Shown in pieces: positions 1 through 7,994 of a stretch of DNA of 52,227 bases; the first letter of the stretch is position 1, and each line of letters starts with the position of its first letter. Below the pieces are notes generated by a model. It saw nothing but the letters and a program-made list of their open reading frames with translations, searched no databases and was not told the origin of the DNA. The position numbers and the translations under genes were made by a program. The stretch lies in assembly GCA_918234285.1 (NCBI GenBank), contig CAKJXZ020000036.1, positions 1-52,227 on the forward strand, written 5' to 3'. This DNA comes from Pseudomonadota bacterium. Lineage in GTDB: Bacteria; Pseudomonadota; Alphaproteobacteria; RF32; CAG-239.

Positions 1-263
1 CCGCAAAACAGCAACACATTCGGCAGCACTCAGCAACCGAGCCAACCGGCCGGATTTACACCATCGCCGATACAACCGATGAGCCAAACTCCGGCGGCAG
101 TGGCAAATCAAATCGGCCAATCGAGTGGTAGTACTTCCTTGTTTGATAATCCGGATGCGATTAAGCAACAAAACGGCCAGCCGTCACCGGTTATGCAGGC
201 GATTTATCGCTATTTAGCCAACACCTACGGACAACAGAATATACCGAATATAATTGGGCAGAA
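1..263 (+). repeat. Conserved cassette-junction repeat, copy 1
   Basis: Near-identical to 4958-5220. The core is shared with 1899-2027, 3456-3614 and 6839-6884. Confidence 0.95.
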
Positions 264-933
264 TTCGCAAAGAACGGTGTATCGAAGTCTGACCGGCTTT
301 AGAGAAAATCAGCAACAATGGCATGAAAACAATCCGCAACAGGGAAACTATAATTATGTGCAAGATGAATACGAAAAAAATCCGCTCGTTAATGATTGCC
401 TTAAAAGCGAGAGGTATAAAACCTTTATTGACAACATTAAAAAACCCGAGAAAGAAGGGTTGGGATTTCATATATCCGATCAGGCAACAAATTCCGGCAT
501 ATCGCAAGGTTGGTATGACGATTTTTTGAAAGAATACCCGACAATAGCAAAAGTATATCCATCTAAAGTTAAAAATTTAACACAAGAACAGGTTGATAAT
601 CTTTATTGTCAGGGATTTTATAAACCTAATCATATTGAAACTTTCAATGACAATCATATTGCAGAGCAAATTTTTGATATCGGAGTAAATATAGGAGGCC
701 CTAAGGGTATTCCTATTATTCAAAATGCTTATAATGATATTAGCAATAATGATATCAGGGTTGATAACACTATAGGAACGGAAACTGTTTCTGCTATTAA
801 TCGTTTGCGCGATGATGAACTGTTGCGCTTAAACAACCAGATGGTTGATAGAAGACTAAAATATTATGATGGCTTAAGGGATAAAGATGAATACCCAGGT
901 TGGTATACGAGGGCAAAATCTTTCAGACGCTGA
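1..933 (+). CDS. Putative polymorphic toxin, conserved N-terminal block + GH108-like muramidase C-terminus (5' end outside window)
   Basis: Frame is open from base 1 (PQNSNTFGST...), and 1-263 is nearly identical to 4958-5220. The C-terminus has GH108-like motifs: EG..ATNSGIS, LTQEQVDNLY, IFDIGVNIG, VDNTIGTET, GWYTRA. Confidence 0.75.
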   Translation, partial: PQNSNTFGSTQQPSQPAGFTPSPIQPMSQTPAAVANQIGQSSGSTSLFDNPDAIKQQNGQPSPVMQAIYRYLANTYGQQNIPNIIGQNSQRTVYRSLTGFRENQQQWHENNPQQGNYNYVQDEYEKNPLVNDCLKSERYKTFIDNIKKPEKEGLGFHISDQATNSGISQGWYDDFLKEYPTIAKVYPSKVKNLTQEQVDNLYCQGFYKPNHIETFNDNHIAEQIFDIGVNIGGPKGIPIIQNAYNDISNNDIRVDNTIGTETVSAINRLRDDELLRLNNQMVDRRLKYYDGLRDKDEYPGWYTRAKSFRR

Positions 934-943
934 CATAAAATGA

Positions 944-972
944 TTGACAGAGGGGGAATCCCCCTCTGTCAA
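944..972. terminator. Bidirectional hairpin terminator
   Basis: Perfect 13-bp inverted repeat TTGACAGAGGGGG-aat-CCCCCTCTGTCAA between convergent genes. Confidence 0.75.
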
Positions 973-1814
973 CTGTTCGCCTCAATATTACGCAAAGAAC
1001 GTCTATAACTTCTGAGTATGGATAGCCAGTAAAAATCATATAAACGCATTATTTCTTCATTTTGTTTACCATTGTCATCAACCAATTGAGGAATAATTTC
1101 CTTGGTTAATTGCATTAGCTGTTTTGCATCATTAATTCTTTCCTTCTTTATTTTTTCTTTTTCCTCTTTTTTTTCTTCTTCTGTTGCCCATATATTTGTC
1201 AGTATTTTAAATTTTGCCATTCTTTTAATAATTTCATCTTGCATACAATTTTGAGGATTTTCGTTACTATTGCAAAGTTTCATAATTTTAGAGGGTTTAT
1301 TACAGGGTTCTGTATATGCATCGATGTCTTTGATTTTCTCTCCCGTTTCTAAACGACATTCAGGCCAACTTTCTTTCATAATAAGATTATAAATACGAAC
1401 TGCTAACTGTAAGGAGTATTCGTTCTTGTTGTCGAATGTAATGTTGAACGAAGTTAATATACCATCAGCTAATGATTGGTCCATTATAACGTTGCTAAAT
1501 ACTTTATGCAATTTAGCCAATAATTCTATTTGCTCCTTAGTTAATTTTTTATTGGTTTCCCAAGTTAGGCATAAAATTGCTCGAAAATTCAAGGTTTCCA
1601 TTAAACCAAAAGAACCTTTCGCCCATTCCATAACCTCAGCACATTCTACATCAATATCAGGTATCATTTCCGGCCTATTGTAAAAGTATTCAATCATAGC
1701 ATCAGATACCGTTTTATCGTGGTTTAAGTCATATTCTAAATTCACTGTTTGGGCAACTGCGGTTTGGATAAACAGCGAAAACAAGAATCCAATGCAACAA
1801 ACAAAATATTTCAT
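969..1814 (-). CDS. Exported protein, putative immunity protein for the adjacent GH108-like toxin
   Basis: Start reassigned to MKYFVCCIGFLFSLFIQTAVA (signal peptide). Convergent with the toxin gene and a distant paralogue of 5954..6721. Confidence 0.65.
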   Translation of the reverse strand: MKYFVCCIGFLFSLFIQTAVAQTVNLEYDLNHDKTVSDAMIEYFYNRPEMIPDIDVECAEVMEWAKGSFGLMETLNFRAILCLTWETNKKLTKEQIELLAKLHKVFSNVIMDQSLADGILTSFNITFDNKNEYSLQLAVRIYNLIMKESWPECRLETGEKIKDIDAYTEPCNKPSKIMKLCNSNENPQNCMQDEIIKRMAKFKILTNIWATEEEKKEEKEKIKKERINDAKQLMQLTKEIIPQLVDDNGKQNEEIMRLYDFYWLSILRSYRRSLRNIEANS

Positions 1815-1850
1815 TAATTTAACCTTTGGTGTAAAATGAATATTACTCAA

Positions 1851-1879
1851 TTTATAATTGATACAAGTGCTCCTGTCAA
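1851..1879 (-). promoter_or_regulatory. sigma70-type promoter
   Basis: TTGACA-17 nt-TATAAA on the minus strand, upstream of 969..1814. Confidence 0.7.
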
Positions 1880-1898
1880 GAGGAAATGAGACAACACC

Positions 1899-2027
1899 TC
1901 CTTGTTTGATAATCCGGATGCGATTAAGCAACAAAACGGCCAGCCGTCACCGGTGATGCAGGCGATTTACCGCTATTTAGACAATACCTACGGACAACAG
2001 AATATACCGAATATTATAGGGCAAAAT
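1899..2027 (+). repeat. Conserved cassette-junction repeat, copy 2
   Basis: Matches the core of copies 1 and 4. An in-frame TGA at 1887 lies just upstream. Confidence 0.95.
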
Positions 2028-2621
2028 AACGCTAATCAATCACAAAATATTAATCCACAGGAAATTCGTAAAATGATTTTTAATGGAACAAGCTGTGGTG
2101 GAATGTCCCCGGAATTTGCCGATAAAATAGCCAATGCAGAATCAAGGGGGAATTGTCAAAATAATATTAATGATTATGGCTGTGTCAACAAGGAGGGTGT
2201 TGCTTTTGGAAGATATCAAATGCAAGAGCCTGCTTTGATTGATGCTGGTTATATGGATAAGAATAAACATTTTATCCCGGAAACTGGTGTTAAAAATATG
2301 CAAGAGTTTTTAAATAGTCCGGAAGCGCAAGAACAAGCGATGTGTAATTATCTTGAGAAAGCCGACCAATACAATAAAAATTGGAATAATTATAAGTATC
2401 TGAATGAAAATGTTCAAGTTGGAGACATAAATATTCCATTAACTAAAGATATGATGTTAGCCGGAACTCATCGTGAAGGCGCAAAAAAACTCAATGAATG
2501 GTTGAATGATATAAAAATTCAAAAGGAGCGTTTGGAAAGAGATGTATATATTGATGAAAGAGATAGGAGAAGACGAAATATAACAAACCGTTTTAAGGAA
2601 ATTCTATATCCGCCTAAATAA
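1902..2621 (+). CDS. Orphan toxin cassette with lysozyme-like (lytic transglycosylase-type) C-terminus
   Basis: Begins inside the repeat and lacks the long N-terminus. Motifs IANAESRG, AFGRYQM..AL.DAGY, FLNSPEAQEQAM, LAGTH.EG. Confidence 0.65.
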   Translation: MFDNPDAIKQQNGQPSPVMQAIYRYLDNTYGQQNIPNIIGQNNANQSQNINPQEIRKMIFNGTSCGGMSPEFADKIANAESRGNCQNNINDYGCVNKEGVAFGRYQMQEPALIDAGYMDKNKHFIPETGVKNMQEFLNSPEAQEQAMCNYLEKADQYNKNWNNYKYLNENVQVGDINIPLTKDMMLAGTHREGAKKLNEWLNDIKIQKERLERDVYIDERDRRRRNITNRFKEILYPPK

Positions 2622-2624
2622 TAC

Positions 2625-2652
2625 TTGCATAATAAGGCAAAAGCGGTAGAAT
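2625..2652 (+). promoter_or_regulatory. Possible sigma70 promoter
   Basis: TTGCAT-16 nt-TAGAAT upstream of the ATG at 2682. Confidence 0.45.
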
Positions 2653-2681
2653 ATATTACAAATAACAACTTTAGGGATAAC

Positions 2682-3440
2682 ATGAGAAGATATTTGACAT
2701 CTATTCTGCTGCTTTTGTGCTTTGCGTTAGGTTGGTACTTTCTGTTTTTGCATAACAGATTACCGTCAAAAGAAAATTTTTATGCAAAACACCATATTGA
2801 AAATAACAGCATTATATCTTTATTTGATGAAAGCGAATGTCGGCGCGTGTTCTCTGAATTATATAACGAAAAATATGCGGATGATTTGCTGAAGTCGGTG
2901 AAGGAAGATATGGTATTGCCGGAACTGTATGAGGGTTTCTGTTTTCCCAAAAACAAAGTTACGTTTTATAATGCCAGGTATAAAGAGAATATACTCCAAT
3001 TAGGTTTAATCGAAAAAGATATTAAAAAATTGAATCTGGAAGTTACTGCCGATATGCTGAAAAAATGGTATATGGGAATGAGTGAAACCGAATTGGAACA
3101 AAGCGGGTTTTATTCGGCATTGTATACAGCAAGATTGGTGGCCAAAGCGGGAGAAAATATTTATCTCTTTGGTGATTATACGGATTGCGGAACAGACGGA
3201 TGCCTGATACAAACAGCTGTTAAAAATAATGATATTTGGACATTTCCCAGAGTTGATATAGGCTTTGCGTCTTGCGTTGCCAATAAAGATAAATCAAAAT
3301 ATGAATGTGATATTGTCGGCGGACATAGCGTATCTTGGCGCTCAGCCGCTGCTGATTATAAGCCGTTGGATGAATTGTTAAGCAGATATTATGAAATATA
3401 TGCCGATTATGTTCAACAATATTTGCAAAAGAAAAAATAA
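2682..3440 (+). CDS. Membrane-anchored exported protein, putative immunity protein
   Basis: MRRYLTSILLLLCFALGWYFLFL N-terminal TM segment after an AGGGA RBS. Cys-containing (DCGTDGC) and directly follows the lysozyme-like cassette. Confidence 0.6.
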   Translation: MRRYLTSILLLLCFALGWYFLFLHNRLPSKENFYAKHHIENNSIISLFDESECRRVFSELYNEKYADDLLKSVKEDMVLPELYEGFCFPKNKVTFYNARYKENILQLGLIEKDIKKLNLEVTADMLKKWYMGMSETELEQSGFYSALYTARLVAKAGENIYLFGDYTDCGTDGCLIQTAVKNNDIWTFPRVDIGFASCVANKDKSKYECDIVGGHSVSWRSAAADYKPLDELLSRYYEIYADYVQQYLQKKK

Positions 3441-3455
3441 ACGAACAGCGCTCTG

Positions 3456-3614
3456 GAGCAAACTCTGGCGGCGGGGTTAAATCAAATCGGCCAATCGAGT
3501 GGAAGCACTTACTTATTTGATAATCCGGATGCGATTAAGCAACAAAACGGCCAACCGTCACCGGTTATGCAGGCGATTTACCGTTATTTAGACAATACCT
3601 ACGGACAACAAAAT
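3456..3614 (+). repeat. Conserved cassette-junction repeat, copy 3
   Basis: Slightly diverged match to about 81-240. Confidence 0.9.
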
Positions 3615-4448
3615 CCGCAGACTTTACCGGCACAAGCGCAAACACCGCCGTCGACGCAACAACCGGAGAATAACGCTGTAAACACGGCACTCAATCAGCC
3701 TGGCAGTTATTTTCAGAGTAATAACAATACATCTGGTTGGAGTAGCAATATCAGTAGCTTTAGTGGTAACACAAACAACGCATTTAGCTCAAATATAAAT
3801 TTCGGAGCAAATCCGAGTTACAGCACAACACCGGATCCGCAAAATCAAACTTCTACACCATGGAATAATGATATTCAGGTTAATTCCTATATATTATCGG
3901 ATAATCAAAGACAATTAGCTAATAGCCAGGCATTAAAATATGCTAATCTTATAAAGCAAAAAGCATATAAGAATATAGATAATGAAATTATCAAGGCTGA
4001 TAATTCGTTAACTTCTAATCAAAAAATGATTAGATTATTTTGGAATAATCTACAGACTCTTAATCCGGCATATCGTATAGGAGAAACTTTCGGAACCTTA
4101 GAGTCTGCCAGACAAGAAATGAATAGTGTCAATAAAGACGGATATGATAATTATGCTCATCGTTATGGTATGTATACAAATGCACAAGATGGTATAGATA
4201 AAGCAGTATATTCTTTGGCAGCCGGTGGATTAAAAGAGCTTAAAGATGTATATGATAAAATTATCACTAATAAGCAATTTTGGAATGAATCAAATAAAAT
4301 TAAAAAGATTAATGCTACTTTGTCAGATAGCTGGAAGGATATCCAAAATAATTTTGAAGCAGTGAAAGCAGGGTTGCAAAATCCAAATATTGATGGTAGA
4401 TTATGGTTAAAAGATTTTGACTATAAAAATAATAAATGGAGAAAATGA
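3567..4448 (+). CDS. Orphan toxin cassette with serum-amyloid-A-like C-terminal domain
   Basis: Starts within the repeat. C-terminal MNSVNKDGYDNYAHRYGMYTNAQDG...KE...DSWKDIQNN resembles the SAA pattern M..AN..G.DKYFH.RG.Y.AA.RG...RE...DS..DQ.AN. Confidence 0.55.
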   Translation: MQAIYRYLDNTYGQQNPQTLPAQAQTPPSTQQPENNAVNTALNQPGSYFQSNNNTSGWSSNISSFSGNTNNAFSSNINFGANPSYSTTPDPQNQTSTPWNNDIQVNSYILSDNQRQLANSQALKYANLIKQKAYKNIDNEIIKADNSLTSNQKMIRLFWNNLQTLNPAYRIGETFGTLESARQEMNSVNKDGYDNYAHRYGMYTNAQDGIDKAVYSLAAGGLKELKDVYDKIITNKQFWNESNKIKKINATLSDSWKDIQNNFEAVKAGLQNPNIDGRLWLKDFDYKNNKWRK

Positions 4449-4645
4449 TGCAATATAAGTCGTTAAAGGAACGGAGTGGCTTATCAAAATTTATAATTAA
4501 ATGTTCCAAAATAATTTTAATCATGATATTGGCTTTTTTGTTGATAGGTGTCTTCTATTTAAGTTGGCAAGAACAACAGGATATAAAAAAGTGTATGCAA
4601 CAAGGGAATACATTTGATTATTGCTATGACCTGCATAATTGGTAA
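4445..4645 (+). CDS. Small single-TM protein, putative immunity protein
   Basis: ATGA overlap with the upstream stop, one TM helix and a C-terminal Cys pair. Confidence 0.6.
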   Translation: MMQYKSLKERSGLSKFIIKCSKIILIMILAFLLIGVFYLSWQEQQDIKKCMQQGNTFDYCYDLHNW

Positions 4646-4684
4646 GGTTAAAATAAAATCAGCTTGAACTTGATATTAACACCG

Positions 4685-4717
4685 GAAAACCGTGCGTATA
4701 AAAGCGTGCGGTTTTCG
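4685..4717 (+). promoter_or_regulatory. Hairpin upstream of the full-length toxin gene (terminator or leader structure)
   Basis: GAAAACCGTGCGT pairs with GCGTGCGGTTTTC (13 bp including G-U pairs). Confidence 0.4.
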
Positions 4718-4738
4718 CATTTTAAAAGGAAAAAGAAA

Positions 4739-5950
4739 ATGATAAATTTTAAAGATGAAGACGATCCGCAAAACGAAACGGTGCGGCAGACTTTGGAACG
4801 GGTAGCACGCGAGTTGGGGGTGTTCGGAACAACTCCGACCAACAACATTACTCACTCGCCGCAATCGCCGATGCAACAACCGACGGCGTGGAGCAGTTCG
4901 CCGAATTATTCTGCTACAGCGGCGAATAATTGGCAAATTAAACCTACAACATCAGTGCCGCAAAATAGCAACACATTCGGCAGCACTCCGCAACCGAGCC
5001 AACCGGCCGGATTTACACCATCGCCGACACAACCGATGAGCCAAACTCCGGCGGCAGTGGCAAATCAAACAGGTCAATCGAGTGGAAGTACTTCCTTGTT
5101 TGATAATCCGGATGCGATTAAGCAACAAAACGGCCAGCCGTCACCGGTTATGCAGGCGATTTACCGCTATTTAGACAATACCTACGGACAACAAAATATA
5201 CCGAATATTATAGAGCAAAACAAGGAAGATAACACTTTAAAACAAAATATAAATCCTGAAAATCCTGATTTTTCAGGTTACGCCAATTCTCCGTTGTATA
5301 TAGGATTGACGGCTCAACCGAGACAAGCTCATTTGAAAGGATTAGATAAGAGCTTAATTTCAAATCGAGAAATTGTAAATTCCCCTTATTCAAATAATAT
5401 TTTGGAAAATGATTGTTATCAAAGCGAACGTTTTGAGCCGTTTGCCAAACAAGTACGTTGGAATGAGGGGGAAAATCAAGGGGTTATTTATGCCACTTCT
5501 CAAGAGCATGGAACCGATCAGCCTACTAAATATGGTATTTCACAAGGTGCGTTGGATTTATACAGAAAAAAATTTGACGATATAGCTCGCACTTATCCGG
5601 CAAATATTAAAGATTTGAGTGAAGAGCAAGCTATGAATTTACTTTGCCAATACTATAAAGGTAGTAGAGCTGAAGCAATTAATGATCCCAATTTAGCATT
5701 CTCGGTCTACGATTCATATTTTAATAACCCTAACAATGCACCTATTGCATGGCAACAAACCTTAAAAAGCGGAGTAAATCCAAATATTCAAGTAGGTGGT
5801 GGCATCGGTAGTCAAACTATAAATAGCTTTAATTCTGTTCAAAGTGATGCGGAATTATTAGACACTTTTATCGAAAACAGAAAAAAGACACTCAATAAAA
5901 AATACAAAGACGGTTTGATAAATCGTTTTAGACGTTATCCTATCAAATAA
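4739..5950 (+). CDS. Full-length putative polymorphic toxin: P/Q/S/T-rich N-terminus + conserved block + GH108-like muramidase
   Basis: ATG at 4739 after AAGGA. Motifs NEG...DQPTKYGISQ, IKDLSEEQA, VYDSYFN, VGGGIGSQT, GLINRF. No signal peptide. Confidence 0.75.
   Translation: MINFKDEDDPQNETVRQTLERVARELGVFGTTPTNNITHSPQSPMQQPTAWSSSPNYSATAANNWQIKPTTSVPQNSNTFGSTPQPSQPAGFTPSPTQPMSQTPAAVANQTGQSSGSTSLFDNPDAIKQQNGQPSPVMQAIYRYLDNTYGQQNIPNIIEQNKEDNTLKQNINPENPDFSGYANSPLYIGLTAQPRQAHLKGLDKSLISNREIVNSPYSNNILENDCYQSERFEPFAKQVRWNEGENQGVIYATSQEHGTDQPTKYGISQGALDLYRKKFDDIARTYPANIKDLSEEQAMNLLCQYYKGSRAEAINDPNLAFSVYDSYFNNPNNAPIAWQQTLKSGVNPNIQVGGGIGSQTINSFNSVQSDAELLDTFIENRKKTLNKKYKDGLINRFRRYPIK
4958..5220 (+). repeat. 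Conserved cassette-junction repeat, copy 4
   Basis: Near-identical to 1-263. Confidence 0.95.
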
Positions 5951-5953
5951 TTT

Positions 5954-6721
5954 TTACGGAAAAGGAAGCGGATAGGGTTCTTTTAACTCTTCCGCTTCCA
6001 AATGCTCCAGACCGTTCATCTCTTCATACCAATATACATCCCCTTGATACATCCACGAATTGATAGGATTCATTAAATAGCTCTCACGAATTAAAACCAC
6101 AAAATGAAACAGCATATTATAATATTGCTGCATTTGTTTTTTTAATTTATTCTCATCATCGGTCATTGTTTTTAATAGTTCTAAGGTTGCTTGCGTCAGA
6201 TTATTAAGATTATAGATAACATTTCTGCGGCTTTCAATATTACATATTTTTAAAATATCTTGCTTTAAACATATCGGAACTTCGGTGATTTTGTCGTTAA
6301 GCGAGCAATTTATCTTATCCGGCTCGGGAAGTATAAAATCTTTGTCTGCAGTCAGCGCATAATAGATAAAACTCTGATATCGATACATCAATTCAGAACG
6401 TTCGGTATAAATAGTCCAATACCCTTTGTAATAAAGCAGGGCATCCAAATATTCTTCCGCTTGCGCTTTGGCTTTTTCGTATAATTCAAATTGTTGCGGA
6501 GTGCTGTGTTGTTTGATTTTATCCGAGAAACACCATATAACCCTGCCGGCATTACGTTGATCAGCAAATACTTCCCCTAATGTTCCTTCAAACTCTTTCA
6601 TAGATATAATCATATCTTCGCATTGTTCTGAAACTTTAGAGAAAGTAATATCCGTTTCTTTGGCAGATGTGTTACAGGTAAAATTCAATAGTAACCCTAA
6701 AATAAAAACAAACTTTTTCAT
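5954..6721 (-). CDS. Exported protein, putative immunity protein for the adjacent GH108-like toxin
   Basis: Signal peptide MKKFVFILGLLLNFTCNTSA. Convergent with the toxin gene, similar to 969..1814, with TTGACT-18-TATAAA upstream. Confidence 0.65.
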   Translation of the reverse strand: MKKFVFILGLLLNFTCNTSAKETDITFSKVSEQCEDMIISMKEFEGTLGEVFADQRNAGRVIWCFSDKIKQHSTPQQFELYEKAKAQAEEYLDALLYYKGYWTIYTERSELMYRYQSFIYYALTADKDFILPEPDKINCSLNDKITEVPICLKQDILKICNIESRRNVIYNLNNLTQATLELLKTMTDDENKLKKQMQQYYNMLFHFVVLIRESYLMNPINSWMYQGDVYWYEEMNGLEHLEAEELKEPYPLPFP

Positions 6722-6838
6722 TTTACAATCCCCTTATAATTGTATTTATAATAATTTTAAATCAAATAAGTCAAGGCAAAAATGAATTCTCCTGAATTAA
6801 TAAGAGAAACATACTCATACTCCGCAGCAAATGCGGTA

Positions 6839-6884
6839 ATTAAGCAACAAAACGGCCAACCGTCACCGGTTATGCAGGCGATTT
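6839..6884 (+). repeat. Remnant of cassette-junction repeat, copy 5
   Basis: ATTAAGCAACAAAACGGCCAACCGTCACCGGTTATGCAGGCGATTT, truncated on both sides. Confidence 0.9.
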
Positions 6885-6931
6885 TTTTTGTTCAAAAGCG
6901 GCAAAAATGCGGTAAATCGCGTAAAAATCTG

Positions 6932-6960
6932 TTGCATTTTAGACATTTTTTTGCTATGTT
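6932..6960 (+). promoter_or_regulatory. Possible sigma70 promoter of the LRR-like gene array
   Basis: TTGCAT-17 nt-TATGTT with a TG extension. Confidence 0.45.
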
Positions 6961-6990
6961 AGACATAAAGAAAAACTCGGAGCGGTAACT

Positions 6991-7989
6991 ATGGCTAAAT
7001 TAGATGATAATTATGACTTTGAACAGGACGGGAAGACTTATAACCTTGACCATCTGCCTGACGGTTTTGTGATTAAAGGCGACTTGAAATTAAGCGGCTT
7101 CTATACCCAATTGCCTGATTTATCAAAGGTCATAGTGGAAGGGGATTTCAGTTGCGAAAATTACAGGTTAACCACCCTGAAGGGAGCGCCGCAAAAGGTC
7201 GGCGGCAGCTTTGTTTGCGATAATATTTGTTTGACCTCGCTCGAAGGTGCGCCGCAAGAGGTTGGCGGTAGTTTTATTTGTAATAACAATGAATTAAACT
7301 CCTTAGAAGGCGCGCCGCAAAAAGTCGGCGGAGATTTTGTTTGCAATAATAGTTGGCTGATTTCAATCAAAGGCGCTCCGCAAGAGGTTGGCGGGGATTT
7401 TATCTGCCATCATAACGGAGTGGAAACTTTGGAAGGCGGGCCGCAAATTGTGGGCGGAAATTATGATTGTCACAGCAATCTGCTGGTTTCCTTAAAAGGG
7501 GCTCCGCAAGTGATTAACGGCGATTTTGATTGCAGTTGCGGCGATTTGGTTTCATTGGAAGGCGGGCCGCAAGTGGTGGGTGGTAATTTTGAATGCGAAA
7601 GCAATAAACTCTCCACTTTGTTCGGGGCACCGCGCGAAGTCGGCGGACGTTTTAACTGTGCACGAAATGAACTTATTACGTTGCGGGACGCTTCACAAAA
7701 GGTTGGCGGAGATTTTTGGTGTTCTGACAACAAATTAAAAACGCTTGCCGGATTGCCGGTATTAAATGATGAAAATAAGATTCATTGCGACTATAGTCTT
7801 GCAGAAAGGTACAATCTGGGTATTCTTGCCATCAAATATAAAGATTTAGTCGCCAGTCAGACTTATCAAAATGACGTTAAAATAGAAAAATTGCGGCATT
7901 TGGACAGAGAAGGTCGGCAGGAAGCGCAGGTTAAGCGTAATGCCGGATTTGCGGCGTTTAAGAAGCTGAAGGCCGAGGAACGGGAGTAA
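6991..7989 (+). CDS. 21-aa LRR-like repeat protein, paralogue 1 (~10 repeats)
   Basis: Repeats VGGxFxCxxNxLxSLEGAPQx. N-cap FEQDGKTY.L..LPDGFVIKGD; tail AGFAAFKKLKAEERE. Confidence 0.85.
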   Translation: MAKLDDNYDFEQDGKTYNLDHLPDGFVIKGDLKLSGFYTQLPDLSKVIVEGDFSCENYRLTTLKGAPQKVGGSFVCDNICLTSLEGAPQEVGGSFICNNNELNSLEGAPQKVGGDFVCNNSWLISIKGAPQEVGGDFICHHNGVETLEGGPQIVGGNYDCHSNLLVSLKGAPQVINGDFDCSCGDLVSLEGGPQVVGGNFECESNKLSTLFGAPREVGGRFNCARNELITLRDASQKVGGDFWCSDNKLKTLAGLPVLNDENKIHCDYSLAERYNLGILAIKYKDLVASQTYQNDVKIEKLRHLDREGRQEAQVKRNAGFAAFKKLKAEERE

Positions 7990-7994
7990 GGGGT

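Noticed and set aside
3438-3566. Stop-codon readthrough fusing 2682..3440 to cassette 3 (same frame, single TAA)
   Set aside because: A one-in-three chance coincidence; TAA is rarely read through and no recoding signal is evident.
1-5950. Prophage lysis cassette
   Set aside because: No holin, spanin or structural genes. The muramidase domains sit behind a shared repeat and are paired with exported partners.
6782-6988. 68-aa ORF containing IKQQNGQPSPVMQAI
   Set aside because: It runs through a repeat remnant and a promoter region and has no RBS or C-terminal domain; treated as a scar.
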